DNA of 64,000 nt from Octopus vulgaris. Lineage: Eukaryota. Location of the stretch: the NCBI GenBank assembly GCA_951406725.2, contig OX597818.1, positions 68,510,001-68,574,000 of the forward strand. Direction: 5' to 3'. The notes under the pieces are model-generated. The model had not been told where the DNA came from. It did not search any database and worked only from the letters and a program-made list of their open reading frames with translations. The translations under genes were made by a program, and so were the position numbers. Of this stretch, positions 28,487 through 40,899 are shown one piece after another. Position 1 is the stretch's first letter. The number at the start of each line of letters is the position of its first letter.

Positions 28487-30777
28487 CATTATCATCCTCA
28501 TCGTCTAACGTCCATTTTCCATGCTAGCATGGGTTGGACGGTTCAACTAGGGTCTGGGAGGCTAGGAGGCCACACCAGGCTCCAGTCTGATCGGGCAGTG
28601 TTTCTACAACTGGATGCTCTTCCTAATGCCAACCACTCCATGAGTGTAGTGGGTGCTTTTTACTTGTCACCAGCACAGGGGCCAGAGGAGGCTGGCAGCA
28701 TCCACGATCAGTTGGAGCTTTTTATGTGCCACCAGCACAGAAACCAGTCAAGGCGGCACTGGCATCAGCCACGTTGAGATGGTGCTTTTTATGTGCCACC
28801 GGCACAGGTATCACAACTACAATTTCCATTTGATTTTTATTTTGATGATGTACTTGACTCAATAGGTCTCATATATATATATATATATATATGTACACTC
28901 AACAGATTGCAGGAAAACTAAATTTCAAAAGCAATATCGTTGTTATCACCATTACCATCATAATTTAATAGCAACTGTCCATGCAGACATGGATTGGAAT
29001 TATTCGACAGGATTTGATTCCTTCAAGGAGAGCATTGTGCTCCCCTATCTTCAGCTGGATGTCTTTCTTATTTCTTTACTACCCACAAGGGAATAAACAC
29101 AGAGGGGACAAACAAGGACAGACAAAGGGATTAAGTTGATTACCTTGACCCCAGTGTGTAACTGGTACTTAATTTATCGACCACAAAAGGATGAAAGGCA
29201 AAGTCAACCTCGGTGGAATTCGAACTCAGAATGTAACTGCAGATGAAATACTGCTAAGCATTTTGCCCGGCGTGCTAGCGTTTCTGCCAGCTCGCCGCCT
29301 CTGGATGTCTTTCTTATTGCCAACCATTTTACTGTTTAGACTGCATGGTTTTTACATGGCACAAGCACTAGCAAGGTCACCATGCAGCTTGCAAGTCTGT
29401 GGACCACAAGAGAGGTGGTGCTATGCTAAGAGATGTGTGGTTAGATCATGAGAGAATAGGGTTCTTGCTGTGGAAGAGCTGCAAGATAACTCCCATTTTA
29501 GGAAAGTGAACGAGGGTGACAAAAGTACTGTTGGGCAGGGAACAACTAGTGTTGACGACATGTCTGAGGGGTCCTTCTGTGTATGAGGTGAGCAGAAGAG
29601 AACTAGGACAGAGGAACTAAGAGTATGTCGTTTGTGTCAGTTAGTTAGAAATGGTGAATGGAGGAAAGGTAAATTTAGAAAGTAGGAAGTAAAAGTGGTG
29701 AGATATGATAGGTACGTGAGGTAGGGGAGAGTAGGTGAAAGCTGTAAAGATTGGATCGCTCGGAGGAGTGGATGTAATGTATAATGGATAAGGCATGGAT
29801 ACGATCAATGAGGCATTTCAAGAACATTGATTTGAAAATATTTTGATTCTCTCTGTGATAGTAAAGAAGTTGAAAACTATTGAAGAATTTGATAATTTTG
29901 TTCTGAATTTTAAATTATCAATGTTAGACATTTCCAACATTGCAGCTTTCTTAGTTTTCCCTTTAAATGCACACTCATACATTTGTGTGGGTGCAAGTGT
30001 GTGTTTGTGCATATACATACACACATATATATATATATACATACACACTCACATTTATATACATATTTATGTGAGTGTATGTGTATATATGCTCTATAAT
30101 TGAATTCAGCAAATGGAAGCAAATCGAACAAAAATAAACAGAAAGAAAAGGATAATGAGAGGAAATTTTACAGAAATGTTTTGTAAATTTATTTAAACAT
30201 GAAGAGAAAAACTTAATTTGATGAAACCAAAATTTGGAAAATGCCAAAAATAAATGGAAGTAAAGGAACTGAAAATGTAATAATGTTTATGTTAAAAACA
30301 CTTTAAAGAGTCTGCAAATGAAAAGAGATCGATACGAATTAGAGCCAATTTCGGTTTAGCAGAATCAGTTTGTAGAATTCAAGATATAATATATGAAGTA
30401 ATCTAGTAAATTTTGTCATCGTTCTTTGACTTGAAAATTTAAATGAACTATTAATTATGTTAAACATTTTTCTATATATATTTTTGGTGGAGGGGAAAAA
30501 AAAATGAAAAAGAACAAAAGGCATTTTACATTCCTTTCAGATTTCATTGAAGGTATATCGAAATCTAAATTTATATATTTGCATTTATATGTACAGATGT
30601 GTGTATAAATTATCATTATCATCACCATCATTGCTTTTACTGTACATTTATATTCTTGCAAGATTTTGATAGAATTTCTCTAGATGGATGCCCTCCTTGC
30701 CACCAACACTTCACCCATTCCCAAACAAGGTAATATTGCCCATGGCTGCTCATGTTTTCACAGAAGATTGGAAATGT

Positions 30778-30943
30778 ATAACACCACTTATATAGCAGTG
30801 ATACTTGTTTACATCTATTGCAAAATGTCAAGGTATAAACACATAACCCAAACCCAGATGATAACACCACTTATATAACAGTGATACTTGTTTACATCTA
30901 TTGCAAAATGTCAAGGTATAAACACATAACCCAAACCCAGATG
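30778..30943. repeat. 83-bp tandem duplication (2 copies, 1 mismatch)
   Basis: ATAACACCACTTATAT...CCCAAACCCAGATG at 30778-30860 and 30861-30943. Confidence 0.95.
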
Positions 30944-31039
30944 CAAACATGCATATATATGTATATAAATAACTGTATACATATATATGTGTGTTTGTGT
31001 GTACATATATGCTTGTATATATATTATGTATATAGGTAC

Positions 31040-31710
31040 ACAGGTACAAGATTTTCTGGGCAGGAAACACTGATGGGGTTGGAGGCGTGGGTATACTTCT
31101 CGCTGAAAAACTGGTAGATAAGGTACTTGAGGTAATCAGAGTAAGTGACTGAATACTTAAGATTAGAATAGTGCTTCATCATAGATTAGCAACCATTATA
31201 TCGGCCTATGCCCCTCAGCCAGGGCTACCAGATGGCCAAAAAGACAGTTTCTATGACACCTTACTGCAGACCACCTCATTGACGAACGACAGGGACCTTC
31301 TCTTTGTGGCTGGTGACTTCAATGGGCATGTTGGACGACATGCTGGGGGCTTCCATGGCGTACATGGAGGCTACAGTTATGTTTCCCGCAACGAGGAGGG
31401 AACCAGGCTGCTGGAGTTCTGCAATGCGAATAGTCTTATGGTTTGCAACACTAACTTCAGGAAACCGACAAGCCACCTGGTCACCTACCGATCGGGCCGG
31501 CATACTAGCCAAATCAACTATATCCTTGCCAGAAAAAGGGAAAGATGGCTGCTTATAAATGCCAAAACCTTCCCAGGCGAAGAATGCACCCCACAACATA
31601 GACTGGTAGTTAGTGACTTTAGGATCAGGACTAAGAGGACGACTAGAAGACGACCAACATGGAGAAGAAGGGTCTGGAAGCTTAAAGACCCTGCGAATGG
31701 ACAGAGATTT
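31040..31710 (+). mobile_element. RTE-clade LINE apurinic-like endonuclease fragment
   Basis: YKIFWAGNTDGVGGVGILL...VSD*IL...ISAYAPQ...VAGDFNGHVG...RNEEGTRLLEFC...SQINYIL...QHRLVV are APE motifs typical of RTE. One premature TGA; no RT follows. Confidence 0.9.
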
Positions 31711-32165
31711 ATATATGGAAATTGCGGCTGTGATACCAGTGCCGGTGACAAGTAAGCGAACCATCCGATCGTGGCCGTTGCCAGCGCCGCCCCGACTGGC
31801 CTCCGTGCCGGTGACACGTAAAAAGCAACATCTGTTCATGGCTGTTGCCAGCCTCGCCTGGCCCCCGAGCTGGTGGCATGTAAAAAGCACCATCCGTTCG
31901 TGGCCGTTGCCAGCCTTGCCTGGCCCCCGAGCCGGTGGCACATAAAAAGCACCATCCATTCGTGGCTCCTGTGCGGGTGGCACGTAAAAAGCACCCACTA
32001 CACTCATGGAGTGGTTGGCGTTAGGAAGAGCATCCAGCCGTAGAAACACTGCCAGATCAGACTGGGCCTGATGCAGCCTTCTGGCTTGCCAGACCCCAGT
32101 TGAACCGTCCAACCCATGCTAGCATGGAAAACGGACGCTAAATGATGATGAGGATGATGATGATA
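31711..32165 (+). mobile_element. Family C element with five GC-rich subrepeats
   Basis: Five GTGCCGGTGGCACGTAAAAAGCACC-type units, then the conserved tail and (GAT)n. CpGs are largely retained. Confidence 0.9.
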
Positions 32166-32873
32166 TGTATATATGTTAATGTTTGCTTTATGTCCACTTA
32201 TAATTTAAACAAATTTACATTGATCTGATGGGTTGCTCTAAACCTTTGTAGAGTACAACTTTATTATCCATATACAAAAATCTTATTGACAGTGACTTGA
32301 AAGTTTTAGCAAGCTATGCCATCTTGGTCAGTAATTCATTCTAATTAATTTTGCCGCTGTTGAGTTAAGATTCCAAAAGCAACACAAATCCTGTCAAACC
32401 TTGTGTCGATCTAACAAAAGAGAAACACCTACAGGCTTGTTTACAAATTTTTACATCCAGGGACTAAATTCTAAACAATAACATAATCCAAAATTCAATC
32501 AATTAAAATTTTTCCAAAATACATTTCTATAACAACCAACCATAAAAACCTAATCACCACCCTACTCCCCCACAAACCCAAACAGGATTTTAACTCAACA
32601 AAGACTATATGCATGATTAACTCTAATCCATCGCAGTTCAATAATGGCTTAGCTGGCCAAAACTTCAAACTCACTGTCAACAACATTCTTCATTACGAAT
32701 ACTATATATATATATATAAAGAAGCTCATTTCCTGGCCACATGGTTCCAGGTTCAGTCCCACTGCATCAGTGCATGGCACCTTGGGCAAGTGTCTTCGAC
32801 TACAGTTCTGGGCCTCGTGTGTGGATTTGGTTGACAGGAACTGAAGGAAACCCATCGTGTATGTTTAAATGTT

Positions 32874-32918
<45 letters not shown>

Positions 32919-34420
32919 GACTATATACACAGTTACCATACTTAAACTTTGATGGTGGAAATTAATTTTGGTGCCGTATCCATTGTAAATTTACCCTCCA
33001 GTATTAAACATAATAAAATCATGGGATATTATGTTATATGGTGAATTATATTACATTACATATGTTATGTGATATGTGCTGTGTTATGTGGTGTGCTCTA
33101 TATAAAATTATCCCATGATAACCCCTGCCTATTTAGTCTGACTTCATCTTATTTTGGTGATTACACTATTTTCCTTTCTATAATATTCTGCCCTACAGAT
33201 CATAGCATGTTTACTTGTACTGACTTTATGCAAGTGAGTCTCCTTTTGACTAAATCGTATACCCCCTAGAAACTATAAAACCCCACATACAATAATGCCT
33301 GTAACATTACAACTTATAAAATCTCTTCCATCTGAATCCCTTTAACTGCCCTCACTACTTCTATACCTGTTACCCCCACTTTTCCAGTTACCTTTATCTC
33401 TTCCCTGCCTCTAATTTTAATCCCCTCTCTCTTTGTATGTAGGTTACATGTATTTCTTATTATTTTCTATTAATTCATGATTTTGTTTTCTTATTGTGAC
33501 ATCCTTACTTATTAACCTCTTATCTCTTATTAATTATTTTTCTTTTTCTTAAATTGATATTTTTCTTAAATTGATATATTTATACTATATCCATATAAGC
33601 GTATAAATATTTGTGTATGTATATATATGCACATATATATGTGCATGTGTGTGTCTGTATGCATTTTTACACTTTTCTGATTCATGGCTTAAAATTCATA
33701 GAAAGCATGTATATCTTTCCAGTTATTCCATACATTAATGCCTTGGGCAGTCTTTATAGAAACCACCTAATAATTAATTAATTAAGTACTTGAATGAATA
33801 TTAAACTGATTCTATGTAATCTTTCCTTTTTTAATGTTTACAATTGATATATACAAACCTTTAACTTATTTTGGTTATGATATCATTTTTGAAATTTTTA
33901 AATTCTATTTTTATACAACATAACAATATTGTTTATAAACATTCCCCCCTTAATGCCCCTGAATAAAATTTCCTTTGTATTAACATCTTAGGTTTCTTAG
34001 CATCTTTCCCCTTTAACTAGTCATTAACATCATGATTTAAAGTCTACCCCTGCCCTGCCTCTTTTTATAGACAGTTAGTTATATCCAACTGACTACTCCT
34101 AATGTCTCATTTCCTCCCAGAGGAAGATATGATAATATTTATGACCATACCTAGCCATGAGCTGTCAACTCACTCTTGTCCTTTATTCAAAATAGACACT
34201 GTCTTCTAGTCTTAGATTTAATAGTTGATAAAGAGATAAATGAATTAGAAATGAATTACATCCCTTAGAACCCTATGACCCATGCGATTCTTAGAAGTTG
34301 TAGTCTATTCTTAGCTACAATAGGGACAACATGAATTTCTTTCATCTTCTTACTCTGCTAACATATTTAACAAAATTCATATTAATGTGTCCTACTTGTT
34401 AAAATTCCATTTATTTATTT

Positions 34421-34508
34421 GTGCAGCTGAAGATAGCATTGTATTTCAATTGATGTAATGACTGCATTGTTAAATTAAATGGAGACACTTGAAATGGTCA
34501 TACTGCAT
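34421..34508 (+). ncRNA. Penelope-type type I hammerhead motif with long stem II insertion
   Basis: Stem I TGCAG/CTGCA (34422-26 / 34503-07), CTGAAGA (34427-33), ~57-nt imperfect hairpin, GAAA (34491-94), self-complementary ATGGTCAT stem III, AUA triplet. Confidence 0.6.
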
Positions 34509-34558
34509 TACTACTTGGTATCCTATTGCTGTATATATATATGATGGCTGTGTGTTGA

Positions 34559-34609
<51 letters not shown>

Positions 34610-35186
34610 CGATTTGACTGAGGACTGGTGAACCAGAAGGCTGCACCAGGCTCGAATCTTGATCTGGCAGAGTTTCTACAGCTGGATGCCCTTCCTAACA
34701 CCAACCACTCCGAGAGTGTAGTGGGTGCTTTTACGTACCACAGCATGAGGGATTTGGTAGTTGGAAACTGAAAGAAGCCCATTGTGTGTGTGTGTGTATA
34801 TATATATATATACATATGTATGCATTGTGTCTGTTTTTGTCCACCACCTCCACATCATTGCTTGACAACTGATATTGGTGTGTTGATGTTGCTGTAATTT
34901 AACAATTCAGCAAAAGAGACAGATAAAATTAGGCTTACAAAGAATAAGCACTAGGGTTAAGAAAAAAGTCCTCTGATCAATTTGTTTGATTAAAACCCTT
35001 CAAGTCTGTGCCCCAGCATGACCACAGTCAAATGGCAGAAACAAGCAAAACATAAAGGATACATGAATTTAATACTCAAACAAAAGAGCTATTAATAGTT
35101 TCATGCTTTTATGATACTTTAACTTGGCATACTCACACATACATACACACACAAACACACACACACATACATAGATTTATGTATAA

Positions 35187-35775
35187 CTAGAAAACAAACT
35201 CGGCCTTGCTCGGGATTAACTTAGCTTATTATTGTTTTACTTGTTTCGGTATTATAACCCAGTTTCATTCGGGTCTACGCGGGCCACATTTTAACAGATG
35301 AAGAATGTTGCTCTGGAGGCCACGCGTTTCAAATGAGCAAACTCAAAATTGCTATGCAAACTCGCCTGCACTTTTAACATAGGTGTGCAAATTTTCAGCT
35401 CAATCCAACCACATATGCACACATTTTATATATACATACGCATTAAATATATATGCATATATATACGCATTATATACATACACACATACATATATATATA
35501 TACGCATTATGTATACATATGTATGCACATTATATATACATACACATATATATTCAAATATCGATATATACACTTTATATATATACACACGTTATATATA
35601 TATATACATGTGTGTGTGTGTGAAGTATATTTGCCATCTCAATATGGTTAACCACTAAGGGTGGATGTTACTGTAGCTTGTAGCCCCAGGAGAACATCTT
35701 CTCCAGCTTTGTCGTGCAGTTACTGTCTATACTTTGTTCAGAGATTTATTATTGCTTGTATATATATATATATAT

Positions 35776-35837
<62 letters not shown>

Positions 35838-36063
35838 ATTAACATAATAAATATTTGATTAATAATATTTGTTATCATAATTGTGCGGTGGCGGTGGGCG
35901 ATAATAATTCACCGTTGTAAAAGCCCTCTAGCGGGAATATTTAAACTTCGAGAGAGTGAAATATATTTCCGATACAATATAATTATTTACTATTTTATTC
36001 CTCTCCATTTATTCTTCACACTTGCGGCTGTCAACTCTTTCTCTATATAGATACAGAAAGACG

Positions 36064-36119
<56 letters not shown>

Positions 36120-36498
36120 CTGGGGGAGAAAGAGCGACAAAGAGACAGCGAATACAGAGAGAGAAAGGGCGTGAGTAGAAACTGTCAAAAGCCGTTATAG
36201 AGATAAAAGGAGGGAAGGGGGAAAGAGAGAGATGGAAGAAGAAAGGGTGATAACCGTAAGAGAAAAACAACAAACACTTGTCAAAGTCCGTTTAAAGACG
36301 ATGAATTTTCACTCTTTTTAACATAACAACCACCTCTTTATAGCTTGCAAATTTTAACCATTGCGGGTCTCATCCTCACCATGCACTTAGTATCCCTGCC
36401 AATTTTCAGCTCAATCCTAGCCTCAGTTTGGCCGCCATTAACCGTCAAAGCAAAACGTGCATACAATTTTCGTTCAAGGACTGTTTTATAGATATAGA
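35187..36498 (-). mobile_element. Non-autonomous Helitron (possibly composite)
   Basis: Minus strand starts A|TCTATATCTATAAAA (36498) and ends with GC hairpin CCCGAGCAAGGCCGAG, 8 nt, then CTAG|T (35187). This is the canonical TC...CTAG arrangement inserted between A and T with no TSD. Internal microsatellites present. Confidence 0.7.
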
Positions 36499-36516
36499 TA
36501 ATTAAAAAATAGAAGA

Positions 36517-36627
36517 GACATACATACATACATACATACATACATACATACATACATACATACATACATACATACATACATACATACATACATACATACA
36601 TACATACATACATACATACATACATAC
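36517..36627. repeat. (CATA)n microsatellite
   Basis: Read directly from the sequence. Confidence 0.95.
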
Positions 36628-37405
36628 GAAATGTTAAAATTATTTCACACATATTTGGTGATAAGGAAAAAAGAAAAGGTACTATTCCCATTAATTTGCA
36701 GTTAATTAATCCCAAAGCATATTTTCACAATCACACAATTTCATTAAAACAATATGTACCGAAAAGCAGATTAACACAATCAAATTATTTTAAAACACAT
36801 AATTATGTATTCCAAAATACCACATCCAAAATACATTACTACAATCAAACTGTTTCAAGATTACGTAATCCAAAGAACATGAAAATTAGATACAAGTCAG
36901 TAAAATAACAGTTTCGTAATGTATCTTCTCATTTCGTAGAACAAAAAGTAGCAAACCAAAGAAAGTATCTTTATTTAGGTAGATCAAAATTAAAACCATA
37001 GATGCAAAAAAGAAACAAACACGCAATACAGCGAATAAATACACAGTAAAAGACTCTTGCTCAAGGTATCACACAGTGGAACTGAACCCAAAACCACGTG
37101 GCTGGAATACAAATTTCTTAACCACACTTCTATAATAATTATTTTTTAAACTTAGGTAGCAGGCCTCAAAGTTGACGGAGGGCATTACTGCCAGTCATTT
37201 ATCACAGTACAAGACTTTATTTTATGAACTCCAGAGACATTAATTGTAATGCTGGCAATGGCAAGATTTGAACACACAGCACAGATATTTAGAGATAATA
37301 CTAAGAGGCATTTTATCCAAAGCCCTAACAACTCCCCCAATCTACCCCCACTTCCCCATATACATATATATGTCATATATACCCTTTACATATATAATCT
37401 AAATA

Positions 37406-38693
37406 TTAAGTCGTTAAATATGAAATTTGTACAAAATTTTGCTAATGTTTTATAAATACAAGGAATAGTTTTATTCATCAAAGTATGCACCCATATTGTC
37501 AATACACTTTTGCCATTTCAGCGGTAGCTTGTCCAGCCTGGAACTGTAAAAGCCTGGCAATCTAGTGTCAATAAAATCTTGGTAGGCCTGTTTTATATCA
37601 TCGTCAGAATTAAATATTTTTCCTGTCAAAAAGTTATCCAAATTCTGGAAGAAGTGATAGTTAGTGAGGGCAAGATCAGGTGAGTAGGGTGGATGATGGA
37701 GAACTTCCAACTCCAACTCCTATAGTTTCGCCAATGTCATTTCTGCGATGTGTGGTCTGGCGTTGTCTTGCAGTAAAATAGGAGTGGATCTGTTAACTAA
37801 TCTAGGCAGTTTTTCTTTTGTAAGTTTCTGCATCATTTGGTCCAGTTTGCTGCAGTATACTTCGGCCATGATTGATGAGCCAGGTTTAATGAAATCATAA
37901 TGGATCACACCTGCACCAGACCACCAAACACACACCATCAGCTTCTTTTGATGGATTTCTCTTTTTGGACTGCGTTTTGGTAGCTCATCTTTGTCCAACC
38001 ATTGTGATGAACATTTATGGTTGTTGTATTGGATCCATTCCTCATCAAATGTTACATTTCGATTCAAAAATGATTCATTTTTGTGACGAGAAAGTAGCAT
38101 AATGCAGGCTTCCAAACGTTGCTGTTTCTGATTTTCATTGGGTTCAGGTGGAACCCACTTATCCAACTTTTTCACTTTACCGATTTGAACCAGGTGAGTC
38201 AATATTGTTTGCTTGCTAACACCAAACAACAACGATAATTCACGGGCACTTTGAGATGGATCTGACTAGATGGTGGCTTTCAGTTGGTCATTATCCACCA
38301 CTGGTTCCGGTCGACCGTGTTGCTCATTTGTGAGGTCAAAGTTACCAGAATGAAATTTTGCAAACCAATTTGATACTGTCTGCTGCGTAATAACATTGGA
38401 ATGAAATAATCCATTAATATTCCGAGCTGTCTGTGATGCTGTATTTCCAAGAAAAAAGTCACTTTGTAAAACCTCTATGAATTTCTGACGTAACCATTTC
38501 TAAACAAAAATAGAAAAAAAAAACGAATTATAAATACTTTATAAAGCACAAAATGTGTTAGAATGAAGAAACAGATGTGTCAGCTTTCTAACAACAAAAA
38601 AAGAAGATTGTCAAAATATAATAATGGCACAAAATAAGCAGCTGTCAAAATTTATCGTATACCTTACTACAAATTTCATACTTGACGACCTAA
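37406..38693 (-). mobile_element. Full-length (~1.29 kb) mariner transposon, Hsmar1/cecropia-like
   Basis: TIRs TTAAGTCGTTAAATATGAAATTTGTA and reverse complement TTAGGTCGTCAAGTATGAAATTTGTA (23/26). TA TSD at 37404-05 and 38694-95. Confidence 0.95.
37471..38497 (-). pseudogene. Mariner DD34D transposase pseudogene
   Basis: ATG at ~38497, early frameshift, then NTASQTARNIN...WFAKF...GRP...DNDQLKATI*...IGKVKKLDKWVPPEP...TFDEEWI...LLQDNARPH...AKL*ELELEVLHHPPYSPDLALTNYH. Two in-frame TAG stops; third catalytic D reads N. Confidence 0.95.
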
Positions 38694-40502
38694 TACATTT
38701 TCAGAGTCAGGAAAATCCAGTTTCGCAATGCTGACCTTTGAACTCAGTTGGACCCAAATGAATCCTGATCCAATAAACTTAGGGTCAGGTGTATTCCAGC
38801 CTTGACCATTTCGTCTTTTAATTTTGTTTTTTCAATTGTTTTATCTCAAAGATTATATTATCTGTAATACCTCATCCATTCATCAAAACGGTAGTGAACA
38901 GTTTTAGCTCCTATTTCTAGCTGGTCTAGTGACCAATTGTAGGCTCCTTTGACTCAGTTCTATTCAGTCCTATGAATATACTTATCTGTTATTTTTTGTT
39001 TGTTACAGTCATTAGACTGTGGCCATGCTGGGACACCACTATGGAGAATAGTTAGTGAAATGAACCAACCCCAGGACTTATTAATGTTTTAAACCTGGTA
39101 TTTATTCTGTCAGTTACTTTTGCTGAACGACTAAGTTATGAGGAAATAAACACACCAACACCAGTTGGCAAGCAGTGGCAGGGAACAAACACACACACAC
39201 ATGACTGGCTTCTTTCAGTTTATATACACCAAATTCCCTCACAAAGCATTGGTCTGAGACTATGGTAGAAAACTCTTGCTCAAGGTGCCATGCAGTGGGA
39301 TTGAAACCAGAACCATGTGGATGAGAAGCAAGAATCTTGCCGCACAGCAACACCTGCGCTTATAGCCTAAATATTAAAATATATTTTAGTTATCAACCTT
39401 CTGAACTGATTGGACAGCATTCACATAATTACATCTCTAATTGCTTGAACTTATTGAAATAATTAAGTCTCATGTCTATCCTGTTATCTATTTATTTGCT
39501 GCCAGAGCAATCAAACCTGGCAATTAGTCCTAATTATGGGAAATTCACAAGTGTTTTCAGTTGAAAATTATAAGTTCTTACAATGAGGGCAAAAAAATTT
39601 TGCTGAAGGGTTATAAATGTTTTTAGATGAAATGTATTTAATTTCTCAGCTTCAGTTTATTTGAATGAGAAGCCAATAAGAAATTCGCCACATGGTGGAT
39701 TTATTTGCAAGAAATAGCAGTCAAATTTCCTTTGAGTATGATTTTTTTTCCGTTTGAATAAATTAATCAAAGAAGAAAAAGCTGTTTTCATATTTGTTTC
39801 AGTGTCTGTGAGATTGAAGTCCAAGGCACATAGTTCAAGTCCCTGTAACTATGTAGGTGTAGAGGAGTGACCACAAAGCGATGTAATTAATATTTCAAAT
39901 TTATTTTCACAAGGGCAACTTGGGAAGGTGGGGAGGAGTTGATTACATCGACCCCTGTGTTCATCTAGTACTTATTTTATCGACCCCGAAAGGATGGAAG
40001 ACAAAGTAAAAATCAGCAGAATTTGAACTCAGAACACAGCAACAGGCAAAATACTGCTAAGCATTTCATCCAGCATGCTAACGGTTCTGCCAGTTTGCTG
40101 CCTTCTAATTCCGATGTATAAACTCTAACCGTATCAATCTGTTGTACCATGTTTTCATTGTCTGATGAGGAAGAAATTTTTACTCATGAAAATATGAAAG
40201 GAAAGGGAGAAAAATATTACAGAAAGAAAACATACTCAAGACAGGCATAGGCATGGGTGTGGGGTAAGATATTTGCTTCCTAAATTAAATGGTTCCAGGT
40301 TCAGTCCCACTGCGTAGCACTTTGGCAAGTGCTTTCTACTATCTTTTTTTGCTGACCAAAGCTTTGTCAGTGGATTTAGTAGAGAGAAACTGAAAGAAGC
40401 CTGTCGTAAGTGTGTGTGTGTGTGTCCACTACCGAAGCTTGACAGCTGGTGTTCATATACTTAAATCCTAGTCACTTAGCGGTTTTGTTTTATTTCATCT
40501 AC

Positions 40503-40885
40503 CTCCAGTATTCCTAAATACTTATACCACTGAAATTTCTCAACCACATTCACTGTTTACCCATTTGGCTTTTCAGTTCCTGGTATCCTTAAAATCATCC
40601 ACATTTCACTATCAATATAGAGCACTTTTCAATCCCAAATTCCATTCCTACATCATTTGAGAGAATGTGAACAGCATGTACAACATTTTCATAAAAAGGA
40701 GATGATTTGTCTGACCATATCCATTTACCAAATCATAATCTATTTTAACTTTTTGTAATATCAAACGGAATGGTATCATGGCTAATACGAATAATAATGC
40801 AGGAAAGCTATCACCTTGAAATATCTCATGTCTGATGTTCACTTTCCCAAGTCTTCGTCTTTCTACGGCCCATTCAGTGTTCCAA
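40503..40885 (-). mobile_element. R4/Dong-clade LINE RT fragment
   Basis: LGKVNIRHEIFQGDSFPALLFVLAMIP...NHLLFM...GMEFGIEKC...YLGILE. Cut at its 3' side by a family A SINE. Confidence 0.85.
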
Positions 40886-40899
40886 TGTTACCATTATTG

